Of a stretch of 64,000 bases of DNA, positions 1 to 11,885 are shown one piece after another (within the stretch, counting starts at the first letter, position 1; every line of letters begins with the position of its first letter). The notes below the pieces were generated by a model, which ran no database searches, was not told the origin of the DNA, and saw only the letters and a list, made by a program, of their open reading frames with translations. Location of the stretch: NCBI RefSeq assembly GCF_018977255.1, contig NW_024704743.1, forward strand, positions 43,278,001 to 43,342,000. Reading direction: 5' to 3'. The position numbers and the translations under genes are program-made. The stretch comes from Callorhinchus milii (taxonomy: Eukaryota).

Positions 1-727
1 GTGCTGCCTTGGATGTAGTTGTGGTGTTACCAAAAACATGTCCACCTCCCCCCAAGTGAATATGTCTGCGGCAGCCACCATTTAGGGACAAAGAGCAATG
101 CCTTAATAGTAATACTGTAATAATAATCCTTGCATTTGATACTCGAGACGTCTCAAAGAGCTGCACAGAATATACTGTCAAGTAAATTACCTGTATATTT
201 TGCCTTGAGCATGAAATGCGTGAAAATATGCGCGCGGACCATTTTTTTCTTGCTAACTGAGGCTACTCACACAACAGGAGCACACAGTCATCCACCAAAC
301 TGGCTGCTGTGCTGTTGCATCTGTAGAGCCATATGGAACCTTTCAGTTAATAGCTGAGGGCTGTTTTCAATGCATGCCTGCCGTACAGGGCATTGAGCTG
401 CTCTTTGTGACGTGACTTTACAAATCATTGATTCTCTAAAATTGCTGCCTGGATTACTGCCCTGTGCAACAATATAATTACTGACAGTGTGGGAGGCGTG
501 TTATGTCATTGGAGGAGCCAGCAATTTTTCCTAGTAATGTTCATTAGAAAATAACCTCTTTTGCCCAGCAAATGGTCTGTGAGTTGACAGTACATCACTT
601 TCTCTTGTGGAAAGTTAGTTTGTTGGCGAATGGCTCATGCATTCTTTGGTCTTCAGTGCAACATTAAAATGAATTAATTTTCTCACTCTTTTGTAATAAG
701 GAAAACAATACAAATTACAATAGAATA

Positions 728-729
<2 letters not shown>

Positions 730-760
<31 letters not shown>
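730..760. repeat. (TA)n microsatellite
   Basis: Perfect TA run seen directly. Confidence 0.95.
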
Positions 761-762
<2 letters not shown>

Positions 763-3230
763 CGCGTTTCACATTGGAAGGTTGTCCCAAAAGAGGGCTT
801 TAACAATACTGACTGGGCACTCAAGTTGGAGCCTTCAGTTTGGTGATTATAGGGTAGGTGGTTTGTAGAGATGATGCTGATAATGTGTAGGGGGAGGGGT
901 GGGGGGGAAGAGATGAGAGACAGTTGAAGAAATGTGTTTGCAGAACATTGAAGTCAAGAGCATTTACTTTGAACTAATTTATTTGGTAAAACTGCATGGA
1001 ATTCAAGTGTGTTTTTTTTTCTGAATCACTTTTTAATGCGCTATTTAATGAATAAACCGCCGGAAATCACTTTGGAAATATCTGATTTGTGCTCAATAAT
1101 ACTGGTTGTCATGTTAGCAACTTAGTGCCCAGATGTCTGGGGCTCAATCGCTTTGAGCGTTTTGCGTCATAACTCAGTGGTTACTAGATTCAAAATAAAA
1201 TTTTTGTGTGTGTTGGGAGGCGGGGAGAGAAGAAAGAAGAATCTGATTTGCATTCTTTTCCCCCACCACCCTCTTAAACTATTCATTAAAAAAAGAGAAA
1301 GGAATGAGCAATGTACATTCCGGGAACCGCAGAGTTTACATAATGTGCCGGGTTCAACATTAACATAACTAATCCATTTTGACAATTGCGAATGAGCTGC
1401 TCAGAGGCTCATTATCAAATGCTTGACTGACTCTGTTGGTTAGAAGCAATATCCTTTGTCCAGACCTGACAGTGCCCCTTCTTTTTCCCTCATTTTTTTT
1501 CTTTCTTTCGAGAGTATGACTTCACTTCTGATGGCAGTGGTTTTATTTTGCATGAGAACCGTGGAACCCTGTGGTTCAGTATAAAAGGCTCATTAGAGCC
1601 CTCTGGCTGAAAATATCAATTGGAGCTTCTCCTGTTACTGAGATCAGGGCTTTCAGTGCAAAATCCATCACCCACCAGCCCTCAGCAGTTCTGCTCTGAC
1701 AGAGCCATTTTCCCGCCAAATCCAGTTGTGTCTGATACAGCAACAAGTTAAAGCCATTGTTGGGAATGGTTGGATAGCGTGAATTCATATTGAACTATGC
1801 TGGGGGGGAGGGGGTTCGGAGAGAGGAATCCCACCTGGGTATGCCTTTACTCTATATAAGCATTTCAGGGCTTGCAGAATTTGGAAAATTGTTGAATTCA
1901 GTCTCGACTTTGAAACCTGTTTTCATGTGGATCTTAAAAGGACCTATGATAGAAACCGGCTTCTTAGCTAAATCTGTGTTTAAGAGATTTTGGACACTTT
2001 GAAATGCTAAGCAACTAGAATAAGTCTAGACCCAGGTGACATTTTTGTCCCTTCTGTAATTTTGATGTGAACTTTGTTTCAAAAGCCTGTTAAAAAATGA
2101 ATGTGCTTTTTTAAAACAAAAATTCTTTGAGTTGCGTTAAATTAAGTACTAATGGGAGAGACTATAAATGGTGATGTGCAGGCATCAGAGCTACAGCAAA
2201 CTGCCACAGAACTTTCAGCTCACAGTAAAGCATGGTTGAAGTGAGTTGTTCAGCGTGACAATGGTAGTGCAACATATCAGTGAGACGTACTGTGCAGTGG
2301 TGGGGTTTGGGTTACACCTGTCGATCTCTTCCCTTTCTTGCTTCCCCACCACAGTTCCCACCATTCAACCACCTGAAGGCATTTTTAAAGCACCAATAAA
2401 GTCTGAAAGTGTTTTATAGTAATTATTGTGATGCCTGCTGATTATTATTGCAGGGAAATGAGGCAGGGATTTTACATATGGCCAACATCCATGAACGACT
2501 AGTTTATTTGGGGAGAAACTTTTCTTTTCCAATAGTACGATTGAATCCTTTTGCCAGTTCATCCTGGCAGGCGTCTAATTTGGCAGTAATGTGAGTCCTT
2601 ACCCAATGGATGCCAGTTCGGAAATCCTAAATCAGAGGCTTAATAGTGTGAAAAGCGTTGCCTGAATTCAGGGTGAATCCATTCTTCCATTCTTCTTTGG
2701 TACTATAAAACTGTGACACCTTAAACTTCTCAGATAATACTGCAAATGCTCACTACCATCACACGCTGCCTGCACCGAATACATAATACAATAATATATT
2801 TTTCATTAAGATGTCTCTATAATGTGATAATACGCTTATATCAAATGCAAGTTTAACTTCTGAGAAGGGCACTATATAAATGTAAATTGTTGCACAGTAT
2901 AATTATAGGATGATGCATCTATCAATATGTAAAATAAGCTTCAGGCAATATTTTTATCATTACTAGTAATAATAATCCCAACTTTAGGTATAGTGGCTTT
3001 CACATCGGGAGAACGACTTAAAGTGCTTGACAGAATTTGCTTTTAAGACAAATGACTGTATTTTATGCGCTAATTTTTACTGAAAAGGTGTGATCCTCTA
3101 CCTAGTAGAATAGATTGAGAAGCAGAACTACATAAAATACTATAGATAGATTCTCTTCATAGACCATAACAATCTTTCAAGGCACATTAACTCTGTAGAG
3201 GGTGTTGAGGTGTTATTCTCTGTGAAAGAT

Positions 3231-4238
3231 TCCTTATCTATATGCTCCCTCTGGATGATGTCATCTGCAGACACGGGGTAAACTTCCGCATGTTTACGGA
3301 TGACACACAAATCTACTTTGCCTCCTCCAGTACCAACTCCAGGTCCGCCAATGTTCTATCAGCTTGTTTGGCAGACATCAAGGCCTGGATGAGTGTAAAG
3401 TTCCTGTAGCTGAATATGGACAAGACGGATGCCCATACTCCTTGGCTCCCGTCGACGTCTTCACTCCTGCGGATTAAACTCCTCAACCTCCCTGGGCTCT
3501 CCCTCAGACTCACCGAATCAGTACGCAATCTAGGCATCTGGTTCGACCTCCAGCTGTCCTTCCTCCCCCGCATCCGGTCCCTGACCAAGACAGCCTTCCT
3601 CCACTTCCACCACATTGCCAGGCTCCGACCGTACCTTTCCCCAAAATACAGCTGAAACCCTCGTGTATGCGTTTACCACTTCCTGCTTGGATTATACCAA
3701 TGCATTCCTCGCTGGTCTCCCCAGCTCCACCATTCACAAGATCTAGCTCATTCAAAACTCTGCCACCCGCATAGTGACCCGGACCAAACTCTACCCACAT
3801 CTCACCTGTCCTGGCCAGGCTCCACTGGCTCCCCATCACTGAACAGATCGACTTCAAGATCCTCACATTCGTGTTCAAATCCCTTCATTCCCTGGCACCT
3901 CCTTACCTCTCCCACCTCCTCACTCCCCAATCCAACACCTGGTACCTCCGCTCAACTGGCACCGGCCTCCTGCTCTTCCCTCGCACCCTCCGCCCCACCA
4001 TTGGAGGTCGCGCTGTCAGCCACTATGCCCCAAAACTCTGGATCACTCTCCCTCAATCCCTCCGCCTTGCCCCCTCTCTCCCCTCTTTCAAGTCCCGCCT
4101 GAAAACTTTCCTCTTCGGCCGTGCTTATGGCCAACTTCCCCCTCCCCCGGCTCGGAGTCAGGCTTCGCCAACTGTTAAGCGCTTTGAGACACTACCCTGT
4201 GTGAAGGGCTCTGTATAAGTGCAAGTTGTTGTTGTTGA
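3231..4238 (+). mobile_element. L2-clade LINE, 5'-truncated, degenerate (end of RT, C-terminal domain, 3' tail)
   Basis: Degenerate YADD motif (tttacggatgac), VRNLGIWFD, LHWLP, FKSRLKTFLF; stem-loop tail ending in (GTT)n; stops and frameshifts. Confidence 0.9.
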
Positions 4239-5054
4239 AGTTGCTATATAAGTGTATATTGTTGAACTATTTGCAGAAATGCAAGAACTTGCATTTCTCT
4301 ATGTAATAATTACGGTCACATGTGGTAGCTGCTTTTTGTAGGCAGTGTTGCATGGTGACCGTTTTTAGACAGTCTCGTGTGTTGACTTGTTTGGATGCAA
4401 TATCACGTATAGTGACTGCTTTTGTACAATACTGTACAAATTTACATTTATATAGTGCCTTTCAGGTCGGAAGGATGTCCCAAGGCGCTGAACAAGGTTT
4501 GCACCCGAGCTGGGTGAAACTACAGTCATTCTGTGTACAGAAAAGTCCCATAAAGGACTAATTTATCTGACGTTGTTGGCCACAACTCATTTTCATTTGC
4601 TTAGAAACAAAAAGTTCCAAGTGCTTACGATTGAAGATTGGACCTGGTCAGTTCAAAAGTCAAAGGCACAGAAACCTGCTGTGGTCGATCACAAAAGTGA
4701 TTACGGCAGAAGTCAGCTAACAAATGAGCAATGTTTGGTGGTGGTTTTACTGCTTCATTAGTGAAATACCAATTTTATTCAAAATGCATGTGAAATCCCA
4801 CTTAAGGTAAATAAGGACAGGACGGTTGTATATTAAAGGAATAAATGTGTTGCAGCAAATTTTTTTTCAAAAATTAGTCTTGCCTATAATTACTGTGCAG
4901 CATTCGTGGTTTTCAACGCTGCTTCCTCCGATACTCGGTATCACTCTTACCTGTGAGTCAGGAGGTTGTGGGTTCAAGCCCCAAACTGACCAGGTCCATT
5001 CCTCAATCCTAAGCACTTGGATCTCTTAGTTTCTAAACAACAAATTGCATTAGA

Positions 5055-5400
5055 CTTTTTGAATAGTACCAGGGGATCTTTAACAACAACCTGAACAGGG
5101 AGATAGAACCTTGGTTTAACCTCTCATCCGAAGGACGACACCTCTAACAATGTATCACACCCCCAACACTGCATTAGTATTATCTTAGGCTATGTGATTC
5201 CAATTCCCTATGTAGGGCTTGAACCCACAACCTTCTGACTCCGAGGCGAGAGTGCTACCACTGCGCCAGGCTGAGACACAAGGCTGTTTGTGGGACATTG
5301 CTGTGTGAAAATTGGGTGCAAAATACACAGTCACTACACTTCAGTGTTTGAGACTTCCTCCTGATTTGATAAGGCGCTATATCAAATGTAAGGATTATTA
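5055..5400. mobile_element. Deu-domain (SacSINE1-like) SINE: head and body on - strand (5055-5274) joined to tail on + strand (5282-5400)
   Basis: Same head, body and tail blocks as the copies at 20560 and 23135. Confidence 0.75.
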
Positions 5401-6968
5401 GTGCAGAAATTGTGAAGATCTTCAACACCGCTTCAGGGGTTGCTGTTTATCTTCTCTTTCTCTCTACCCCCACCCGGAGTTCTCGCTCTTAAAATTCAAG
5501 TCATATTGACAAAAAAAAGTCATCAACATTTAGAACCCAGCTACATGCAGAGGAAATTCATGTAACATTCACCATCTCGGGGTGTGTGGGTAGTTGTTGA
5601 TGCTTTACAGGACTGAAGCAACAAAGCTAAATTTATTTTTGTTCTCCATTCAAACATTTAGGTGTGTCCAATATCCATGCTTTCCAAAAATTGTGTACTT
5701 TACGTTCATGAATGTAAATTATTCATTACTAAACTCTCAGCATTTTAAATTAATGCATTACATTAATTTACTTAAATAAATCTATGCTCCTTTCTTCCTG
5801 GATTTTTTTCTCTTTCCTTTTCTCTCCCTCCCCCATCCTCCTCCCATTCAACCTTCTTATACTTTCCACAAACTATACAGTCAATTCATTTTACAGTATA
5901 TTCTGTGAAGCGCTTTGAGACATCTTGACGACGTGATACGTCGCTGTATCAAACGCAAGAATGATTATTATTATTTCCACTCCTGGCCCACAATCCTCTT
6001 GATTATTTGTTCATTCACCACATGGCTATTTGTGGGGCCTCACTGGTGCAAATGGCTGCTGTGTTTGCCTACAAAATAGCGAGTCGCTACACTTGACAGT
6101 AATTGCATGTGAAGCTCTTGGGAGCCATTTCAACACGTGAAGAACAAGTTCTTTCACACTCCTGGGCTGTGCATCATCTGTAGCCAAGAGAGAAATCAGA
6201 TAACTCGATACAATAACTTGCATTGATACAGCGTCCTTTATGCAGGTAGCGTCTCGGAGCCCTTGGATATGTGTCTTGAGAAGGAAAAATGCGATGAGGC
6301 ACAGGCAAGAAACAACAATTGACACTTGTAGCACAGTTTCCATGTTGGGTTGGGGTGGGGACCTCTCAAAGTATTTTCACAACTAACAGGGACATCAAGC
6401 AGGGGGCGTGGGAGAGAAAGGGAAGATGGCCAAAAGCGTGAATGAAGAGGATATTAATAATCCTTGCATTTTATATAGCGCCTTATCACGTCTTTGAGAT
6501 GTCTCAAAGTGCTTCACAGAAGTGAATTGACTATATTTTGTGGGCAAAATGCGGCAGGCAATTGCACACAGAAGTGGTCTAAAGGCAGGTTTTGAACATG
6601 GAGAGGGCAAGGCAGAACTTGGAGAGAGAGTTTGGAGAGCCCGGGTCAGGGAAGGTGGCTAAAAGCACACATAAAGACGAAGGGCCTTGGGTAGGTCGGT
6701 TTTGTTGAAGCCCCTGGTAGAGGAAACAACGACAGGGTTTGGGTCTTCTGCAGTGCTCTTACGTTCAGCCATTACACTTTAATTTAATTTGTTCTAATGA
6801 TTTCCCACTATATCTGAGCCTGTTTTACCTCGTACATTGAAATCTTATCTGTCTTGGAAAAAATGCTCGTTTGGTTGCTGTGCCCTAAGTTTCAGAAGAT
6901 GAAGTGATCTTCGGAACCCAGCCTTTAAATTGCAACGCAAATTCTGTTTATTGTTCTTTTGAATGGAG

Positions 6969-7171
6969 TTGGCTTTTGCCAACCTTCGCCTCATACTGTC
7001 TGGAATTAGGTAAGCAGGATGTGTCCCTCCAGGGAGAGATTGCGCATTGCATTCCAACAATCTGTCTCTGGGATTTCCATGTGTAGGTGGGATGCATGGA
7101 AACCTCAGCTTGGTTTGGATAGTCTTGAGCATGGTGATGGGTTTCCGTGTGTGGCAGACACCCGGCTGACC
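6969..7171 (-). repeat. Unclassified ~200-bp interspersed repeat, copy 1
   Basis: Reverse complement aligns by eye with 19575-19772. Confidence 0.85.
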
Positions 7172-7589
7172 AAAATAAATAGTTGTGCACCGTAATCGGC
7201 CTTTTTTCTCCGCAGCCGGAGGAGGTCCTGGCTGAGAGGGTGACTTTGCTGTGTAGCGATCTCTGTTCACCAAGCAGTTGGGGAGCTGGCACCAGCTCAG
7301 ATACTTTGGGCCAAATGGCTTCTTTCTGCACTGAAAACCTTCTGTTTAACTCTCACCCCCACCACATTGTATATTGGTTACTAATGTACTCAACCATTTG
7401 GGACACATTATGATGAAATTCATATTCTTTCACCGCACCCACATGAATATATACTCGGCAGTGGCTTCACTGTAATCCAGGCTCCCACAAACACTAACCA
7501 TCGTGGTGACTTAATTTAAAGGTATGTAGGGTTCAGTCAGAGCTTGAACATATACAGCATTCCACTTACATACTGTATTGTTCTGCCTC

Positions 7590-7856
7590 TCCGTCTCGCT
7601 CTGTGTGTTTCTCATCGTATGTGTGTGTGTCTCCATCTCTCTCACACCCACTATATGTGCGTGTGTGTCTCTCTCGCTTTCTCTTGCCGTGTGTGTGTGT
7701 GTGTCTGTCTCTCTCTCTCTCAATGTGTATCTTTTTCTCTCTTGCTGTGTGTACGTGTGTCTCACTTTCTTTTGCTCTGTGTGTGTTTGTCTCTATCGTG
7801 TGTATCTGTGTGTGCGTGTGTGTGCGCCTCCCGCTGTGTATGTATCTGTTTCTCTC
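7590..7856. repeat. Compound (GT)n/(CT)n microsatellite
   Basis: Seen directly; source of the CVCV/THTH ORFs. Confidence 0.9.
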
Positions 7857-9224
7857 ATCAGTTAGTCTGAGTGTATGTATCAAATTAACAATAAAATATT
7901 GTAGACTAATCTCTAAACAAGGTTGAGATTTCAAAAAAGCCCCTGCAAGTACAATATTTGAGTTATTCGGCAAGTGCTCACACCCGAATTTTGTGACTAA
8001 TATCCTTGATGTCATTTACATCTGTACAGCACACGCTCCTCAGAGATACCTCGCCAAAGCCCATGGTTGTAGTTGCTGATAAGGCAGTCTTGTGGAGCCT
8101 GTTTACAGGAGTAAGGCTTTTGATTCATTTATGTGGGTTGAAGAGCCACCGTTTAACCCTTTGTGTACCAATTTGGCCTTGTCTCATGCAAAGAGTCACC
8201 TTCGTTCTAATGCTGCCACCCACACAGGGAGGGGAAGACAAGGTCATGACTTATTTTCAATGACGCATACGAGGTATAATATGTGGAAAACCTAGTAGCC
8301 TTACAATAGAGACTGTACTAGATAGACGTTTTAGGATAGGGTATGATAATGGATCATTGACATTAAGTGTAATCAATCTCATTTTTCAAATCGAAACCAG
8401 CATCTGAATTACAAAAAAAACTGTTTGATACTTTTGTGTGTGTTGAGACTGCTTGTCCTCTACACTTGTGGTTTCCAGTCAGAGGAATTCAGGATTTGCG
8501 CAGATCCGAGTGTGTGTGTGTGGGGAGAGGGTCATCAGGTGAACATGAAGTTCTTACAAGGTCAGGTTGCTCAGACGATTCTCAATCTCCCTCTCCCACC
8601 CCCCAGCCCCCCCTTTCCACACTCTCTAAGCAACTGTGGGCTATTTGATTTATTTTTCGAGAGGAATGAAAGAAAGGAAGGTACGAAAGAAAGATTAGTA
8701 GTGTGTCAATGCAGTAGGTAATTTGTCACTGGGTTCTCTTAGATATGGAGGTCAATTGGAACTATATGGAGCGCTATATTAATTCTGCTGCACCCAAGGT
8801 CAGTGGCTTTCAAATAACTCATTTATGCACCAAGCAGATAGCAGCTACCAGGAACACCCTGTGAGCAAGATGATCCAGCAACATCTAAGGCCAACTGAAG
8901 TGTGCAATAGCTTGTGTTCAGTTTATCGGCAACAGGGCTTGCTCTCCTCACTGAAGCCTGGCTTTGTAACCATCTCTGTGTTTAATCCAGAATGGAAACA
9001 ATTTTTATAGATGAATTTCTTGGATTTGGCTTAACCCAGGGAACATGTAACCTGCGTTGTCTTATCCTGTGCCATTGATGTGTCTGAAAACCCCATAGAA
9101 AGGAAGCAAATCTGTAAATTGCCAAGACTGTATTCAGTACAGCACACTGGTGTACTTTAGGGTGTCCTCACCGTCACTTACCGACAAATTTACAAATTAC
9201 TTCCTCGATGGTCCTGTGGATAAG

Positions 9225-9545
9225 GCCATTGAGTTCCCAACTAGCAGAAAGTCATAAGGACGAAAAGTTTGGGGGTTTAATTCCCAATCTGTTATCTGAT
9301 GTCAGCTGGACAAGTGTTTGCCTTTGTGACCTGAACCAGAGAAGATAAAATCCAGCCAGGGTTCCTGCTGCTGATCGCTATCCAGCAACTTCTGCAGGAA
9401 AGTTTATGTGTGGATATTGGCGAGGACAGTAGGGACGTGTGGTGTCTCTCATGCAATGCAGTAAAATATTCCTGATGGTGTTCATGTCAAGCGTCATACC
9501 TGAAGAATGGCCACTTAAGCGAGTTAGTGTCAAACTGTGCTGCAG
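9225..9545 (+). repeat. Old unclassified SINE-like repeat (related copies near 17430-17680 and 45170-45470)
   Basis: Shared blocks such as aaaatc(c)agcca(g/t)ggttcc, atccag, gtgt(g/a)gat(a/g)ttgg..gaggaca and tgaa(g/t)aatg. Confidence 0.6.
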
Positions 9546-9859
9546 TCGAAGGTACGTGTTTTCACAAGATGAGCGAGAGGAGACAATTGGCACAAATGAC
9601 TATAATTAAGGCCAGGTATTTGCCTTACAATTAAATGCTTTAACTACCATTTTAAGTGCAGATGTACATAAATGTCCCATTTCCAAAAATCAAAACCACT
9701 TGATTCAGTCTCTTTAGCTACCGTTTAAGACCAGGCCAGGTCAGTCAATAACACATTTTAGGAAATTGAAGAGAAATCATAGAATCATAGAATTGTAAGA
9801 AAAGTTTTGCAAGAGTTCAGTCAATGCCAAAAGTTAACTTTATTGTGAATAGTTTCCAC

Positions 9860-10350
9860 TTTCTCCTGCATTCTCTCTTCTTTCCTCTAACACTGTCTCT
9901 TTCTCTTGCTTCTCTCTCTTCCTCGCTACTTTCGCTCACTTTTCTCCCTCTCTCTTGCTTCTCTCACTCCCTCCCTCCCTCCCTCCCTCCCTCTCTCCCC
10001 CGCTCACTTGCACACACACACAAGCCCCAACTCTCTTTCCCCCTCCCTCTCTTTTTCCACCTCCCCCTCTCTCTTTCCACCTCCCCCTCTCCTTCCCCCT
10101 TCCCCTCTCTCTTTCTACCTCCCCCTCTCCTTCCCCCTTCCCCTCTCTCTTTCCATCTCCCCCTCTCCTTCCCCGTTCCCCTCTCTCTCCTTCCCCGTTC
10201 CCCTCTCTCTTTCCACCTTCCCCTCTCTCTTTCCCCCTCCCCACCTCGCTTTCCCCCTCCCCTCTCTCTTTTCCCCTCCCCCCTCTCTTTCCCTCTTCCA
10301 CCCCCCCCTCTCTCGCTCTCACACACACACCCCTCCCTCCCTCGTCTCTG
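9860..10350. repeat. Polypyrimidine/polypurine low-complexity tract with degenerate tandem units
   Basis: Almost only C/T on the + strand, with recurring ttccccctcccctctctctttccacctcc. Confidence 0.9.
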
Positions 10351-11644
10351 CAGTTGAGGTCAGCATAGTTCAAGCGTTATCCTGGGATCGCCTTGATCGT
10401 TGTGGTTCAGTACCGCACTGGGTGGTGCATCTTATTCTCTATTTAAATATTCAACTTGAGGCTTTCTGGTGGTGCCAGCCTTGCATTTTAATGTATTATA
10501 AAAAATAATATCGATAATAATCCTTGCATTTAATATAGCGCCTTATCACATCATTGAGATGTCTCAAAGCGCTTCACAGAATATATTGTAAAGTGAATTG
10601 ACTGTGTATTTTGTCCAATTGCGCACAGCACTGTCCTACAAGCAGTTTGGGATTGGTCGTGTTGCCCTTTTGTTCTGTTACTCCTTGCAGAGATTGCAAT
10701 GTTTACAGCTAAATATACTTCATTAATGTTAAACGATAGGAGCCTGAGGTCTTTATATTGGACAAGTGATGAGTAACAGGAGTTCTCATGAATTGACTTG
10801 TCCAGGCCTGTCCCAGCACACTCCTCACCCTCTTCCCCCTCTCTCTCTACGCAGAGTATTGTCCTCCGACTGAATGTTCTTGTTCATGTCTTTTACAGAC
10901 GGCCTCCAGCAGACAGTTGTCTGTGTGTGTGTGAAAAGCAGAGCTGAGGTGGCCATGTCTAAGCCACCTGGAGCCTCTCGCTACAGCCTCATTAAATTAT
11001 TACATTTGTATAGCACCTTTCGAGTTGGAGGACGTCTCAAAATGCTGGGACATGCTGCTCTTAGAACGTACACTGCTTGATCCTGTGGTGGCACGTTTTT
11101 ATCTTGAGCTGCTTGATCGGTGGGAATAATTGGCCCAAAATATTCCAGAACTGCTCCCATTGTGGCTAATAATTTCAGACACTGAGCTGCAGTTCACGCG
11201 AGCAAAGCAGACAGAATAGACTCCTCCAACAGCTGTGCACTTTCACTTGTATGTAATATTTGTTCGACTGCTCGCTGTGTGACGCTTAGGCAAACATATC
11301 CCACCAGGTCTTGCACCTCAGTACCTTTGTCTTTATAATGCATGATGTAATCGTGTGGGAATTTGGCAAATGCTTAAGTTCAGAGAGTTACTCAGCATCC
11401 GTCAAACACTCACTCTGTACAAGCCTTTTTAAGCCATTTTACCATAGAGCTTAAAATGAACCAGATTCCAATGTATTTATAGTCTTTTGTGTTTGGTGCT
11501 CGATCCCCGCAGAGGAGAGAAGCTTTCCCCATTCTTTAACTGTCTTTTAAGGTGATTCATGTGAGATTTCTCCTTTCCTGTCCCAAATTTTCTTCAGTGA
11601 AGAAAGACCCTGACGTGTCCACATTGAAATGTTGCCAAGCTCTA

Positions 11645-11885
11645 TCCGATAATTTATTGACAACTATGGGCAAACACCACAGCTAATTTTGCTCCCAGTA
11701 AGTGCTGCAAATAACTGATTGTTGCCCAAGACACCAAGAGAAACTCCCTCCTCTTTTCGAGTCGTGCCATGGGATCTTTAACGTCTACCTGAACAGGCAG
11801 GTGGGACTTAACATCTTGTCCATAGAATTGCACCTCTGACAGTACAGCAGTGCCAGCCCTCAGCACTGCGTTGGAGTGTTGACCT
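11645..11885 (-). mobile_element. Deu-domain SINE fragment
   Basis: gacaccaagagaaact...gccatgggatctttaacgtc(t/c)acctg shared with 23318-23380. Confidence 0.8.

Noticed and set aside
3313..4218. RT-like ORFs (also 49697, 54965-56491, 58578-59377) as intact or domesticated genes
   Set aside because: Truncated L2 pieces with stops, frameshifts and nested insertions; no full ORF2.
7511..8015. Cys/Val-rich and Thr/His-rich ORFs
   Set aside because: Translations of (GT)n/(CT)n microsatellite.
9824..10508. Several 120-200 aa ORFs on both strands
   Set aside because: Low-complexity C/T tract that lacks stop codons by composition.
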